Position numbers and translations under genes: made by a program. Of a DNA stretch of 64,000 bases, positions 10,257 through 23,747 are shown in pieces (position 1 is the first letter of the stretch; the number at the start of each line of letters is the position of its first letter). Source of the DNA: Faecousia sp. (GTDB lineage Bacteria > Bacillota > Clostridia > Oscillospirales > Oscillospiraceae); contig JAZMZW010000149.1 in NCBI GenBank assembly GCA_045586205.1, forward strand, positions 4,084 to 68,083, in the 5' to 3' direction. A model generated the notes under the pieces. The model did not search any database. It had not been told where the DNA came from and saw nothing but the letters and a program-made list of their open reading frames with translations.

Positions 10257-10430
10257 TCAGCAGCAGCCGTTGTTGTCGCAGCCACAGCCGCAGCTGTTCC
10301 CACAGCCACAGCCACAACCGCCGTTGGAGCCGCTCATGAGGCCGTTGTTAGACCCGCAACCGCAGCAGCAGAACAGCAGGATGAGAATGATGATCCACCA
10401 GCAGCCACCGAAACCGTTGTTATTGCACAT
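10257..10430 (-). CDS. Small Cys/Gly-rich membrane protein (57 aa), clostridial type, possibly spore-related
   Basis: MCNNNGFGGCWWIIILILLFCCCGCG...GCC; AGGAGG RBS. Confidence 0.75.
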   Translation of the reverse strand: MCNNNGFGGCWWIIILILLFCCCGCGSNNGLMSGSNGGCGCGCGNSCGCGCDNNGCC

Positions 10431-10573
10431 ATAGAAGACCTCCTGAAATTTATCGCTGAGCACTGGGCTCATTCCATGTTATGCTAAAACAAGGATTTGG
10501 TGACAGCCCACAGAAAAGATTCCGAAAAAAGGATCTGCTGTAAAAACTCACAGCAGACCCTGATTTTTATTGT

Positions 10574-10912
10574 TTAGTTGAAAGAGCCAAGCTCCTTGCC
10601 ACCCAGAACATGGAAGTGCAGATGCTCCACGGTCTGTCCTGCGTCCTTGCCACAGTTGGTGACTACACGGTAGCCGTCAGAGAAGCCCATGACGGAGGTC
10701 AGATTGCCGATGACGGTAAAGATGTGACCGATCACAGCCTCGTTACCCTTGTCAATGCGATTGGCGGCCTTGATATGCTCCTTGGGGATCACCAGGAAGT
10801 GCTGGGGAGCCATAGGGGCGATATCATAAAAAGCCAGACACAGCTCGTCTTCATAGAGCTTCTTAGAGGGGATCTCCCCTGCGATAATCTTGCAGAAAAT
10901 GCAGTTTTCCAT
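10574..10912 (-). CDS. hinT: Histidine triad nucleotide-binding protein
   Basis: CIFCKI...HLHFHVLGG. Confidence 0.95.
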   Translation of the reverse strand: MENCIFCKIIAGEIPSKKLYEDELCLAFYDIAPMAPQHFLVIPKEHIKAANRIDKGNEAVIGHIFTVIGNLTSVMGFSDGYRVVTNCGKDAGQTVEHLHFHVLGGKELGSFN

Positions 10913-10927
10913 AGTCTGTTCCTCCTA

Positions 10928-13567
<2,640 letters not shown>

Positions 13568-13627
13568 GGTAAAACCTCCAATTTATTATCAAAAAATTAT
13601 AAACACATTCACAGGGGCTACCTCAAA

Positions 13628-13858
13628 TAAAAAACTCACCCCTACGCTACGCATAGGGGCGAGATCAACTCGCGGTACCACCCTATTTCGTCCCCGACAA
13701 ATCGGGAACCTCATTGAGATCCTGTTACGTGGATCGGCCGTCCTGCTCCTCACAGGCCGCTCGGAAGTGGCACACTGTCCCCCAGTCGCAGGGCTTCCAC
13801 CCTCCCCTGCTCTCTATAGACGGAAAAACAGCTTGGCTTCGTCATTGCATTTTCTTTG
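13628..13858 (-). promoter_or_regulatory. T-box riboswitch (Ala) with terminator
   Basis: AGGGTGGTACCGCG T-box at 13671-13684; candidate GCC specifier at 13769-13771; terminator CTCGCCCCTA...TAGGGGTGAG-TTTTT. Confidence 0.9.
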
Positions 13859-13868
13859 ATTCGTCACC

Positions 13869-13897
13869 ATTTTATCAGGGTTTTCTCCCTTTGTCAA
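13869..13897 (-). promoter_or_regulatory. Sigma-A promoter of the alaS leader
   Basis: TTGACA-17 bp-TAAAAT. Confidence 0.75.
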
Positions 13898-14019
13898 TCC
13901 CCATTTTTGCAGTTTTTTAGAAATGTCCCTTCCCAAGAAGACTTCTGCCCTCCACCCATAGAAAAAGCACCCGAAGCGTAGTGCCTCGGGTGCTTTGGAA
14001 ATACATAGGGGGAAAGGAA

Positions 14020-16068
14020 TTATTCTTCCTCTGCCTTCTTTGCGTCTTCGATGATCTTTGCCTGGTTCATCTGAGGAACTTCCTCGTAACGGACAAAGTT
14101 CAGAGCGTAGCGACCACGACCCTGAGTCATGGAACGCAGGTCGATAGCGTAGGAGACCATTTCGCCGATGGGAACTTCGGCTTCAACGATCTGCCAGCCA
14201 CGGTTGTCGCTGTCGGGGTTCATGCCCATAACACGGCCACGGCGCTTGTTCAGGTCGCCAATGATGTCGCCCATGTTTGCATCGGGGATGTAAACCTTCA
14301 GCTCGCCGATGGGCTCCAGCAGGGTGGGAGCTGCCTGGGGCAGGCCTTCCTTGTAGGCGATGCCGGCTGCGGTCTGGAATGCCATATCGGAGGAGTCAAC
14401 AGCGTGGTAAGAACCGAAGAACAGGGTAGCCTTCAGGAAAACTACGGGGTAGCCTGCCAGAACGCCCTTGCCGACGCAGTTACGCAGACCCTTTTCAACG
14501 GAGGGGATGAAGTTCTTGGGAACGCAGCCACCGACGGTCTCGTCAGCGAAGATCATGTCTTCGGACTCGGTCTGGGGCTCGAAACGGATATGAACGTCAC
14601 CGAACTGACCATGGCCACCGGACTGCTTCTTGTGACGGCCGTGCTGTTCGTGCTTCTTCTTGATGGTCTCGCGGTAAGCGATCTTTGCGGGACGGAGCTC
14701 AGCTTCTACCTTGTACTTGGACAGGAGCTTTGCAATGATAACGCTCAGGTGAATGTCGCAAACACCGGCGATGATCATTTCCTTGGTCTCGGGGTCGTTG
14801 CCGTAGGTGAAGGAAGCGTCTTCCTCGCTCAGCTTGACCAGGCCTGCAGCGACCTTGTCTTCCTGACCCTTGTTCTTTGCATAGATAGCCATGCGGTAGC
14901 AGGGAGTATCATAGGTCATGGGCTTAACGGTAGCAACCTTGCCTGCCAGACCCAGAGTATCACCGGTACGGACGGAAGCCAGCTTGGTGAATACGCCGAT
15001 GTCGCCACAGCAAACCTTGGAGGTCTTGTTGTTTTCCTTGCCCTTGGGGAAGAAGGTGTTACCCAGCTTCTCGTTGTCGCCGGTACGGGCATTGATGACA
15101 GTCATGGTGTCCTCGATGTCGCCGGAGATAACCTTGAAGTAGGAGTTCTTGCCATACTGGTCAGCCATGGTATTGAAAATGAATGCCATGGGGCTACCCT
15201 TGGGATCCAGAGCCAGCTCGGATTCCTTGCCGTCTTCGTCAACGACGATAGCGGGCTTGCCTTCCAGAGGAGAGGGAGCGTACTTGATCAGATTCTTCAT
15301 GAGCTGGATGGTACCCAGACCGGTCATAGCACAGCCGCAGAATACGGGAGTAATAGCACGCTGCTTGATGCCGTCCTTAACGCCCTTGAGGAGCTCTTCA
15401 GCGGTGAAGGGCTCTTCCATGAAGAACTTCTCCATGAGCTCTTCGTCGGTCTCAGCGACCTGCTCGTTCAGAGCCATCATGTATTCTTCGATCTTTTCCT
15501 CAGCTTCGCCGGGGAGAGCAACTTCCTTACCGGAAGCGTCGTATGCCTTCTTTTCCAGCAGGTCAACAACAACATTGCCTACGGGGAAGGTGAAGGGGAT
15601 AGCAGATGCACCGAAGGTGCTGTGGATTGCATCATAGGTGTTGAAGAAGTTGGCGTTCTCTTCGTCCAGCTTGGAGACGTAGAACATGGTGGGCAGCTCA
15701 GCATCGGACAGAGCCTTCCAGCCCTTTTCGGTACCGACGGCGATGCCGGACTTTGCAGTCAGGCAGATGATGCCGGTATCAGCAACACGGAGGGACTGTG
15801 CAACCTCAGCAGCGAAGTCAAAGTAACCGGGGTTATCCAGAACATTGAGCTTGCAACGGTCGTATTCTACGGGGATCAGAGAGGTCTTAATGGAATACTG
15901 TCTCTTCTTTTCTTCTTCGTCAAAGTCGGAAACAGTGGTGCCGTCGGCGCGCTTGCCGAGACGGGTGATTGCCTTGGTGAGGTAGAGCATGCTCTCGCAC
16001 AGGGCGGACTTACCGTCGCCGCCATGGCCAAGCAGGGCGATGTTGCGGATATCATTCGCAGTGTACAT
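14020..16068 (-). CDS. fusA2: Elongation factor G-like protein (EF-G2 paralogue)
   Basis: Full EF-G architecture (KKQSGGHGQFGDV, VDSSDMAF, LRSMTQGRG) with divergent G motifs GHGGDGKS, DNPGY and SKLD; not in the str operon. Confidence 0.9.
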   Translation of the reverse strand: MYTANDIRNIALLGHGGDGKSALCESMLYLTKAITRLGKRADGTTVSDFDEEEKKRQYSIKTSLIPVEYDRCKLNVLDNPGYFDFAAEVAQSLRVADTGIICLTAKSGIAVGTEKGWKALSDAELPTMFYVSKLDEENANFFNTYDAIHSTFGASAIPFTFPVGNVVVDLLEKKAYDASGKEVALPGEAEEKIEEYMMALNEQVAETDEELMEKFFMEEPFTAEELLKGVKDGIKQRAITPVFCGCAMTGLGTIQLMKNLIKYAPSPLEGKPAIVVDEDGKESELALDPKGSPMAFIFNTMADQYGKNSYFKVISGDIEDTMTVINARTGDNEKLGNTFFPKGKENNKTSKVCCGDIGVFTKLASVRTGDTLGLAGKVATVKPMTYDTPCYRMAIYAKNKGQEDKVAAGLVKLSEEDASFTYGNDPETKEMIIAGVCDIHLSVIIAKLLSKYKVEAELRPAKIAYRETIKKKHEQHGRHKKQSGGHGQFGDVHIRFEPQTESEDMIFADETVGGCVPKNFIPSVEKGLRNCVGKGVLAGYPVVFLKATLFFGSYHAVDSSDMAFQTAAGIAYKEGLPQAAPTLLEPIGELKVYIPDANMGDIIGDLNKRRGRVMGMNPDSDNRGWQIVEAEVPIGEMVSYAIDLRSMTQGRGRYALNFVRYEEVPQMNQAKIIEDAKKAEEE

Positions 16069-16275
16069 TATTGAAATCTCCTTTCTATGCAGTCAGGCTT
16101 TGACTGCGCGGCATACCATATTGCCACAATTGATACCATTATACACGATAAAACGGAATAATGCAATTCCCAAATCGTGATTTTCTATAAGATTTTCTAA
16201 AATTTTTTCGCAGTTTTTGAAAAAAGGGCTTCCGCTGTAGGTCTTCCATAGTCGAAAGCCCAAAAATTTTCCAAT

Positions 16276-18366
16276 TTAGAACCGTAAAAACACGAAGCCC
16301 ACAAAGCCGGTAACCAAACCCCATAGGATCTGAAAGGCCACGATATGCATGGGGGATGACACGGCTACAGAGTGCCATGCGATCAGAACGATGCACAGGA
16401 GCAGCCCCAAGATCCCCGCAAAGATGGACAGTGCGACTGCAACCAAAGAGGCATTGCGCAGAGTTCGTCCGGCAGCTACGGTAACTGCAAGAGCGCCGAA
16501 GGTATCCTCCGCAATAAGAGCCCCCTGCTCCATAGCCTGCTCCGCATTGGTAGCAGACAGGCGCAGACGCTCGCTGTATTCCGGGAACACCATAGTGTCC
16601 GTGGGCAAAGTATATTTCGCCGCGATCAGCTCCGGGGTAATAAGGAAGTCACGGGTTGCCAGCACAATGGAGAAATTCCTGTTGGCCAGCACATCGTGCA
16701 GACCTGTACGGGTGGAGGCATTGGCCTTATACCGAATGGCAAAGATCCCTGCCAGCACACCGTTGACGGAAACATATACCGCCTGCCGTACCCGTGTTCC
16801 CACAGGCACGGAAATTCCCATAGAACGGATGAAGCCTAAATTGCCCACAAGGACAATGTCATTTCCCACTTCCACACCTACACCGCCCTGTTCATAGAAG
16901 CGGTACTCTCCTACCCGGCTATGCTTGCCGTAATGCTCCTGCAGGAGGGCTTCAAAAAGTCCCACAAGGGGACTGTCCGCCTTCTCCAGAGCCGCCAGCG
17001 CATAGGAGATCACCTTGGCGGCATCAAAGGAGTGGTAGATCTTCATGCCGTTGGAGGCAATGCCCTTCTTGGGGAAGAGATCTCCGTCACGGAGGATGAT
17101 GGTGTGCTTACCGCCGAAGATCCTAGCCCCGTGCCAACCGCACAAGGCTCCGCCGTAGCGGTTCAAGCGTCTGGCAAGAATGCGGAAGGGCTTGGAAAAG
17201 GACTGCATCCCTCCATAGGGCAACGTTCCAAGAAGGAGCAGCAGCCATGTTTGGATAAAGGGCATTTCCCCGTCCCGGGACAGGAAATAAGACAGGATAG
17301 GCAGGAGGAACAGAAGGATGCTGGCATAGACACACAGCAGATCCTGAGGGAAACTGCTACGGGACAGCCGTTCCATAAAATCCTCCACATCTCCGGGATT
17401 GCGACGGAGGGAGTCGGTGTTCTCCAGAAGCTGGGGCGCATTGCACACACCCATGGGAGAACGGAACTCCGAAAGAGTTTTGGCAGTGTAAAAATCTGCG
17501 GCATTTTCGCTGACCAGCGCTTGCATCAGAAAAAACAACTGCAAGGTCACCAAGGGAGCATAGACTGCATCCATACAGGTAACACTGTATATGAGACAGA
17601 CTATGGAAGCTGTCAATGCCTGGGTATACAGGCTGATCCGGAAACGGAACAAGTCCCGTATTCCTCGCCATACCACCGGCAGTGCCAGAAACAGTCCCAG
17701 AAGCAACAAGCCCAAGGTGACCACCTGTCCGTGTTCATTGATCCAAGGGAAATACGCCCACTGCTTGGTGTCATAGAGCAGGACGAACATCCCCAGAAGG
17801 GCATCCAAGCCCAAAAACACACGGCGAAGGAGTAGATTCCCCAATTGCTTGCGCGCCTTTTGCAGAAGCTCCGCAGGCTTCTCTCCCCGTGGTGTTTCCT
17901 CTTCGGGGATGGTTTCCACAATGATGCGGATGGGTGGCTCTTTAGGCTTCCGTGAGGGCTTGACCTTCACATCCTTCAGGGAATGAACGACCTTTACACC
18001 TTCCTCGTCCTCCCCTTCTGCGGAGGGCGAAGGCTGTGGAAGCTCCACCGGAGTAAAGGGACGGGTCTGTTCCAGTTCTTCCCTGACAGACTTAGCCTTC
18101 TTCCGTGGGGTAAAGGTACGCAGAACCTCTTCTTCCTCCTCGGGAGGGGCAGGGCTTACTGTCCCTTCGGAAATCTGTCTGCCTTCTATTTTCAGAGGTG
18201 CAAAGACCGTGGGCTTTTTTTCTCCCTCTTCCTCCACAGGCAAGGCGGAAAAGAGAGGGCTTTCCTTTGGTGTTGCTTTTACGGGAGCAAATTCCTTGAT
18301 GATCTCTTCCAGTTGAAATTTCGAAGAAGCCGATGTCTGCTTGTCTTGTATCGGCTTATGCTCCAT
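16276..18366 (-). CDS. Membrane protein related to P1B-type ATPases, catalytically degenerate
   Basis: N/P-domain-like segment (DSPLV, GGVGVEV, VLVGN, VYVSVNGVLAGIFA, LATRD) but no DKTGT or TGES. Confidence 0.7.
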   Translation of the reverse strand: MEHKPIQDKQTSASSKFQLEEIIKEFAPVKATPKESPLFSALPVEEEGEKKPTVFAPLKIEGRQISEGTVSPAPPEEEEEVLRTFTPRKKAKSVREELEQTRPFTPVELPQPSPSAEGEDEEGVKVVHSLKDVKVKPSRKPKEPPIRIIVETIPEEETPRGEKPAELLQKARKQLGNLLLRRVFLGLDALLGMFVLLYDTKQWAYFPWINEHGQVVTLGLLLLGLFLALPVVWRGIRDLFRFRISLYTQALTASIVCLIYSVTCMDAVYAPLVTLQLFFLMQALVSENAADFYTAKTLSEFRSPMGVCNAPQLLENTDSLRRNPGDVEDFMERLSRSSFPQDLLCVYASILLFLLPILSYFLSRDGEMPFIQTWLLLLLGTLPYGGMQSFSKPFRILARRLNRYGGALCGWHGARIFGGKHTIILRDGDLFPKKGIASNGMKIYHSFDAAKVISYALAALEKADSPLVGLFEALLQEHYGKHSRVGEYRFYEQGGVGVEVGNDIVLVGNLGFIRSMGISVPVGTRVRQAVYVSVNGVLAGIFAIRYKANASTRTGLHDVLANRNFSIVLATRDFLITPELIAAKYTLPTDTMVFPEYSERLRLSATNAEQAMEQGALIAEDTFGALAVTVAAGRTLRNASLVAVALSIFAGILGLLLCIVLIAWHSVAVSSPMHIVAFQILWGLVTGFVGFVFLRF

Positions 18367-18369
18367 AAC

Positions 18370-19140
18370 TTATCCTCTCTGACGGACTGCCTCGTACAGA
18401 AGGATAGCCGCGGCGGCAGAGGCATTAAGGGAGGAGATCTTTCCCTTCATGGGAATACTGACCTTGAAATCACAGCTTTCCGACACGATACGGCTCATAC
18501 CTACGCCCTCGTTACCGATGACGATAGCCGCAGGGCCTGTGAGATCCGTCCGGTACAGAGGAGAAGCTCCCTCTGCGGCAGTGCCGTAGATCCAGACTCC
18601 CTGTTCCTTCAGTTCCCGAATGGCAGAGGCCAGATTGGAAACACGGGCAACAGGCATATATTCGATGGCACCTGCGGAGGCCTTGCCTACCACAGCGGTC
18701 AGTCCTACAGAACGGCGCTTGGGGATAATGACCCCGTGGGCACCGGCGCATTCCGCACTGCGGAGGATGGCGCCCAAATTGTGGGGATCGGACAGCTCGT
18801 CACAGATCACCAGCAAGGGGGCTTCCCCCTTCTCTCTGGCAGAATCCAATATTTGAGCAATAGTGGAATATTCATGGGCAGCTACGGAGGCGATGATGCC
18901 CTGATGAGCTCCGGTGGGGCTCATATCGTTGAGCTTACGGCGATCGATGCGGACTACCACAGCCCCGGCATCCTTTGCCATAGCAGCCAGTCTGCCAAGG
19001 GACTTGTCCACATCACCGTCTGCAAGGAAGACCTTGTTAATGGCACGCCCGCTTTTCAGCGCCTCGGAGACAGCGTTTCTGCCTTCGATCAGACCTTCGC
19101 TCATGGCCTCATCCCGTTCGTAATTGGTTTCTTTTCTCAT
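18370..19140 (-). CDS. rlmB: 23S rRNA (guanosine-2251-2'-O)-methyltransferase
   Basis: IEGRNAV, HQGI, DPHNLGAILRSA, GNEGVG, SLNASAA; start chosen at the ATG after AGGAGA. Confidence 0.95.
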   Translation of the reverse strand: MRKETNYERDEAMSEGLIEGRNAVSEALKSGRAINKVFLADGDVDKSLGRLAAMAKDAGAVVVRIDRRKLNDMSPTGAHQGIIASVAAHEYSTIAQILDSAREKGEAPLLVICDELSDPHNLGAILRSAECAGAHGVIIPKRRSVGLTAVVGKASAGAIEYMPVARVSNLASAIRELKEQGVWIYGTAAEGASPLYRTDLTGPAAIVIGNEGVGMSRIVSESCDFKVSIPMKGKISSLNASAAAAILLYEAVRQRG

Positions 19141-19304
19141 AAGTATTTCTCCTGTTCCGGACTGCTGAGAGTCCATAGCATAGAAAATGTCAATCTTCTG
19201 TTCATTATATCAAAAAAAATCCGTTTAGACAATAGGCAAGGTGTAAAAACTGTCTCCGTCACAAAAATGTTGACGGAATTCACAGAAATTTCATTCCTTA
19301 CGCA

Positions 19305-19333
19305 TTGCAAGAGCAGAGAAAATGTGGTATGAT
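19305..19333 (+). promoter_or_regulatory. Sigma-A promoter of ftsH-mscS
   Basis: TTGCAA-17 bp-TATGAT with extended TG. Confidence 0.65.
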
Positions 19334-19383
19334 TTGCAGTAATACCGTAGTTATAAAGTATTTCCCCAAAGGAGCGTGAAAAG

Positions 19384-21270
19384 ATGTCCATTCCAGGACC
19401 TAACCAAAACCCCAATTCCAAGAAAAATCCTCAAAAGTATTCCTTCCTGTTTCTGATCATTCCCCTTATGATCATGTTCCTGTCCGGCAACCTCATGATC
19501 GACTACCTCTTCGGACCGAAGACCGAGGAAGCTCCCTACAACGAGTTCCTCTCCGCTGTGGAAGAACAGCGTGTGCATTCCGTAGAGCTGACCTATGAGC
19601 GGATTTCCTACACTCTGAAGGAAGATACCCGTGATCCCAAGACCATTTACTACACCACTCCCCTGCCTTATGTGGAGCTGACGGATATGGTTCCCAAGCT
19701 CCAGGCCGGCGGCGCCCGTTTTGAAGGCAAGCTTACGGAAACCAGTGTAGGGCTGATGCTTGTGGAATGGTTGCTCATGCCTGCCATTTTCTTCGTCGGT
19801 CTGTTCCTCATCATGCGTGTCATGTCCAAGCGCGGTGGGGGCATGGGCGGTATCGGCGCTGTGGGCAAGAGCAAGGCAAGAGTCTATATGGAAAAGGAAA
19901 CCGGCGTCACCTTCCGTGATGTTGCGGGACAGGACGAAGCAAAGGAATCTCTGGTAGAGATCATCGACTTCCTCCACAATCCCCAGAAATACACCGCCAT
20001 CGGTGCAAAGCTTCCCAAGGGTGCTCTGCTGGTCGGTTCTCCCGGCACAGGCAAAACCCTCCTTGCCAAGGCTGTTGCCGGTGAGGCTCATGTTCCCTTC
20101 TTCTCCATTTCCGGCTCTGACTTTGTGGAAATGTTCGTGGGCGTAGGCGCAAGCCGTGTCCGTGATCTGTTCAAGGAAGCGGCAAAGGTCGCTCCCGCCA
20201 TTATCTTCATCGACGAGATCGATGCCATCGGTCGCAGCCGTAACAACCGCTTCGGCAGTAACGACGAACGGGAGCAGACCCTGAATCAGCTCCTTGCGGA
20301 AATCGACGGCTTCGACTCTTCCAAGGGCGTGGTCATTTTGGCCGCCACCAACCGTCCGGAAATTCTGGACAAAGCCCTGCTCCGTGCAGGTCGCTTTGAC
20401 AGACGGATCGTTGTTGACCGTCCCAATCTGGAGGGCAGATATCAAACTCTGGTGGTACACACCCGTAGCATCCGACTGGCAGAGGATGTGGATCTGCGGA
20501 AGCTGGCACAGGCCACTGCCGGTGCTGTAGGTGCAGACCTTGCCAATCTGGTCAACGAAGCCGCCCTCCGTGCCGTCCGCAAGGGCAGACAGGCGGTGAA
20601 TCAGGAAGACCTGCTGGTCTCCTTTGAGACCGTCATTGCAGGCACGGAGAAAAAGGGCACTGTCCTGACTGATACAGAAAAGCGTATGGTCGCCTATCAC
20701 GAGGTGGGTCATGCACTGGTTGCCGCCCTGCAGAAGCACTCCCAGCCCGTTTCCAAGATCACCATCGTCCCCCACACCTCCGGAGCATTGGGCTACACCA
20801 TGCAGATGCCGGAGGAGGAAAAATATCTCAGCTCCAAGGACGAGCTTCTTGTGGAGCTTCAGACCCTGCTGGGTGGCAGAGCCGCCGAGCAAGCGGTATT
20901 CGGCACCCAAACCACCGGTGCCGCCAACGATATCCAGCGTGCTACGGATCTGGCACGGCGCATGGTCACCCAGTTGGGCATGAGCGAGAAGATCGGTGTC
21001 ATGTCCCTTGCCACCAACACTAACGAGTATCTGGACGGACAGAGCTATATGGACTGCGCCCAAAGCACCGCCGCAGAAGCGGATCAAGAGATCCGTCAGC
21101 TTCTGACCCAAGCCTACGAGTCCGCCAAGGCTCTGCTGGAGCAGAACCGTGGTCTTCTGGATGAGATCTCCCTGTATCTCCTCCGCAAGGAAACCATCAC
21201 CGGTGATGAGCTCATGTCCTATGTAAATGCCGGCAAGGCTTCCGCAGAAAGCGAGGAGCAAAATGGATAA
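19384..21270 (+). CDS. ftsH: ATP-dependent zinc metalloprotease FtsH
   Basis: 2 TM segments, [18 protein letters not shown] motif, HEVGH. Confidence 0.97.
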   Translation: MSIPGPNQNPNSKKNPQKYSFLFLIIPLMIMFLSGNLMIDYLFGPKTEEAPYNEFLSAVEEQRVHSVELTYERISYTLKEDTRDPKTIYYTTPLPYVELTDMVPKLQAGGARFEGKLTETSVGLMLVEWLLMPAIFFVGLFLIMRVMSKRGGGMGGIGAVGKSKARVYMEKETGVTFRDVAGQDEAKESLVEIIDFLHNPQKYTAIGAKLPKGALLVGSPGTGKTLLAKAVAGEAHVPFFSISGSDFVEMFVGVGASRVRDLFKEAAKVAPAIIFIDEIDAIGRSRNNRFGSNDEREQTLNQLLAEIDGFDSSKGVVILAATNRPEILDKALLRAGRFDRRIVVDRPNLEGRYQTLVVHTRSIRLAEDVDLRKLAQATAGAVGADLANLVNEAALRAVRKGRQAVNQEDLLVSFETVIAGTEKKGTVLTDTEKRMVAYHEVGHALVAALQKHSQPVSKITIVPHTSGALGYTMQMPEEEKYLSSKDELLVELQTLLGGRAAEQAVFGTQTTGAANDIQRATDLARRMVTQLGMSEKIGVMSLATNTNEYLDGQSYMDCAQSTAAEADQEIRQLLTQAYESAKALLEQNRGLLDEISLYLLRKETITGDELMSYVNAGKASAESEEQNG

Positions 21271-22054
21271 GCTGAAAGAATTTCTGGGAGGCATCCGTCT
21301 GGATCGCATTCTCCCCACCCTTATGGTACTGGCCATCGGTTTCCTGATCGCCAAGATCCTGCTGAAGCTCTTTGACCGCGGTTTAAGCAAATCAAAGCTG
21401 AACAAAACCCTGTTCAGCTTTGTCAAAACCATCATGCGGATCTTGCTATACTCTCTGGTGGTACTCATTTCCGCAAGCTGTCTGGGCATTGATGTAACCT
21501 CTCTGGTGGCAGTCCTCAGTGTGGTATCTCTGGCAGTGTCTCTGGCAGTGCAGAACACCCTAACCAATGTGGTTGGCAGTCTCAGCCTTTTGGCTACCCA
21601 ACCCTTCCACGTGGGCGACTTTGTTCAGATCGGCTCCGAAAGCGGCACTGTGGAAGAGATCGGTATGAGCTATACCAGACTACTGACCACCGACGGACGG
21701 ACCGTATATATCCCCAACGGAGATGCGGCCTCCGCACGGATCTGTAACTACAGCGTGGCAGGAAAACGGCGTATTGAGCTGAGCTTCACCGCCTCCTACG
21801 ACAACGACATTGAAGCCGTCAAGACCGCCATCCTCCGCGCCGCACAACAACCGGAAGTCCTGCAGGATCCCGAACCTGCGGTATTCCTCAATGCCTATTT
21901 GGACAGTTCCATGGAATACTGCCTCCATGTGTGGGTCAACACCCCGGACTTTTTCCCCGTGAAGCATCGCATCAACGAGGCCATCAAGGGAGAATTCGAT
22001 CGCAACGGCATCTCCATCCCCTACCCTCAGCTGGATGTACATGTACAAAAATAA
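21263..22054 (+). CDS. mscS: Small-conductance mechanosensitive channel (MscS family)
   Basis: 3 TM segments, QPFHVGDFV, GTVEEIG, IPN, IPYPQLDV; overlaps the ftsH stop. Confidence 0.9.
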   Translation: MDKLKEFLGGIRLDRILPTLMVLAIGFLIAKILLKLFDRGLSKSKLNKTLFSFVKTIMRILLYSLVVLISASCLGIDVTSLVAVLSVVSLAVSLAVQNTLTNVVGSLSLLATQPFHVGDFVQIGSESGTVEEIGMSYTRLLTTDGRTVYIPNGDAASARICNYSVAGKRRIELSFTASYDNDIEAVKTAILRAAQQPEVLQDPEPAVFLNAYLDSSMEYCLHVWVNTPDFFPVKHRINEAIKGEFDRNGISIPYPQLDVHVQK

Positions 22055-22061
22055 CTCCAAA

Positions 22062-22100
22062 AGCAGATCCGCCACAAAAAAGCGGATCTGCTTGTTTTTC
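22062..22100 (+). terminator. Intrinsic terminator
   Basis: AGCAGATCCGC / GCGGATCTGCT followed by a T-rich tail. Confidence 0.75.
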
Positions 22101-22239
22101 ATCTTTGCCACAGTGCATAAATTTATATCGGAAAAATTGTGTCAATTGACAGTGGAATTTCAGTTTAAAATAAGATACAATAGGTATACTGCGGATTGTT
22201 TTTCTTGTTCTGCAGATGCTTTTTTACAGGAGTATATAT

Positions 22240-23742
22240 ATGAAACAAAACAGCACCGAGGTGTCTCCTAAGTCGGAGGAAACCGGTAAACAGTCTCCCC
22301 TGCGCGCTGCTTTTAAATTTCTACCTCTGTTGATTTTCGCCTGCATGGTCATTGTGTTCAAATTGGATCTGCTCTTAGCCGCTCCCATTGCCACCTTCTG
22401 TGCTATCGGCGTGTATATCATTTCCGAAAGATCCAACTTTGATCAGGCTTTCGAAAAGTGTCTAAGCTCTGTGAAGCACATTGTGCTGATCTTTTTTATT
22501 CTCATGTTCGCCTACGGTGTGGCAGAGTGCTTCATGGCCACCGGTGTAGGTGCCGCCCTGATCAATCTGGCATTGGAAATGGGTGTCACCGCAAGAACCA
22601 TTGCTCCCGTTTCCATGATCGTCACCTGTCTGCTGTCCATTGCCACAGGCTCTTCCTGGGGTACATTTGCCGCTTGCGCCCCTATTTTCCTGTGGCTGAA
22701 CCATCTGGTAGGCGGCAATATTCTCCTGACTCTGTCTTCCATTGCCGGTGGCTCCTGCTTCGGTGACAATATCGGCATGATCTCCGATGTAACAGTTCTT
22801 TCCTGCGGTATGCAGGATGTAAAGATCATCGACCGCCTGAAGCACCAGCTTGTGTGGGCTTTCGGCTGTCTTGCCGTTGGTCTGGTGATCATTTTCCTTG
22901 CAGGTTCTTCCCTTCCCAATACCCAAGGGGATGTGACTGCCGCCATTGCACAGATCCCCGCCGAGGCACGGCAGGCTCTGGCTGAACAACGCCCCTCCGC
23001 TCTGGCCCTCTTGGAGCAGGTGGAGGCCGGTGTTCCTTATTACATGGTCATTCCCCTGATCGTTGTCATTGCCTTGTCCTTCCTGAAAGTACATACCATG
23101 CTCTGCCTTGCGGCAGGAATGGTCTCCTCCCTGATCTGCGCTTACTTTGCAGGAACGACCACCCTGTCTGTGTGGCTGACAGAACTGCTGTTTACAGGCT
23201 TCTCCGATGCCGGTAGTTGGGTCATTGTCATGATGCTGTGGGTCTCTGCCTTCGGTGGGATCATGAACAGCATGAATGCCTTTGCTCCCCTTGCCAATCT
23301 GGTGGTCAAGCTCTCCCGAAATGTGAACCAGCTTATGGGCTGGTGCGGTATCCTGTGTCTGGCAGGCAATGCCGCCTTGGCAGATGAAGCTGCACAGGTT
23401 GCCACCATCTCCCCCATTATCCGTGACATTGTAGAAAAGCATGTGGAATGCGATGAGGAAAAGGATGCCTACACCCTGCGCCTCCGTCTCGCTACCTTCA
23501 CCTCCGCCATGGGCATCTACGGCTCTGAGATGATCCCCTGGCACTGCTTCCCGGTGTTCTTCGCCGGGATTGCAAGTGCAGTGTATCCCCTGCAGACCTT
23601 CACTCCCATGGAGATCATCGGACGGAACTACATGAGCTTCGTAGTTGTAGGCTCTATCCTGTTCCTGACCTTTACAGGTCTGGATCGCTTCGTCCCCATG
23701 TTCGCCCTCCCCGACAAGCGGAAGGCTCGCCTCATCAAATAA
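22240..23742 (+). CDS. NhaC-family antiporter / amino-acid transporter
   Basis: ATGSSWGT and GSCFGDNIGMISDVT motifs; many TM segments. Confidence 0.85.
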   Translation: MKQNSTEVSPKSEETGKQSPLRAAFKFLPLLIFACMVIVFKLDLLLAAPIATFCAIGVYIISERSNFDQAFEKCLSSVKHIVLIFFILMFAYGVAECFMATGVGAALINLALEMGVTARTIAPVSMIVTCLLSIATGSSWGTFAACAPIFLWLNHLVGGNILLTLSSIAGGSCFGDNIGMISDVTVLSCGMQDVKIIDRLKHQLVWAFGCLAVGLVIIFLAGSSLPNTQGDVTAAIAQIPAEARQALAEQRPSALALLEQVEAGVPYYMVIPLIVVIALSFLKVHTMLCLAAGMVSSLICAYFAGTTTLSVWLTELLFTGFSDAGSWVIVMMLWVSAFGGIMNSMNAFAPLANLVVKLSRNVNQLMGWCGILCLAGNAALADEAAQVATISPIIRDIVEKHVECDEEKDAYTLRLRLATFTSAMGIYGSEMIPWHCFPVFFAGIASAVYPLQTFTPMEIIGRNYMSFVVVGSILFLTFTGLDRFVPMFALPDKRKARLIK

Positions 23743-23747
23743 AAATC

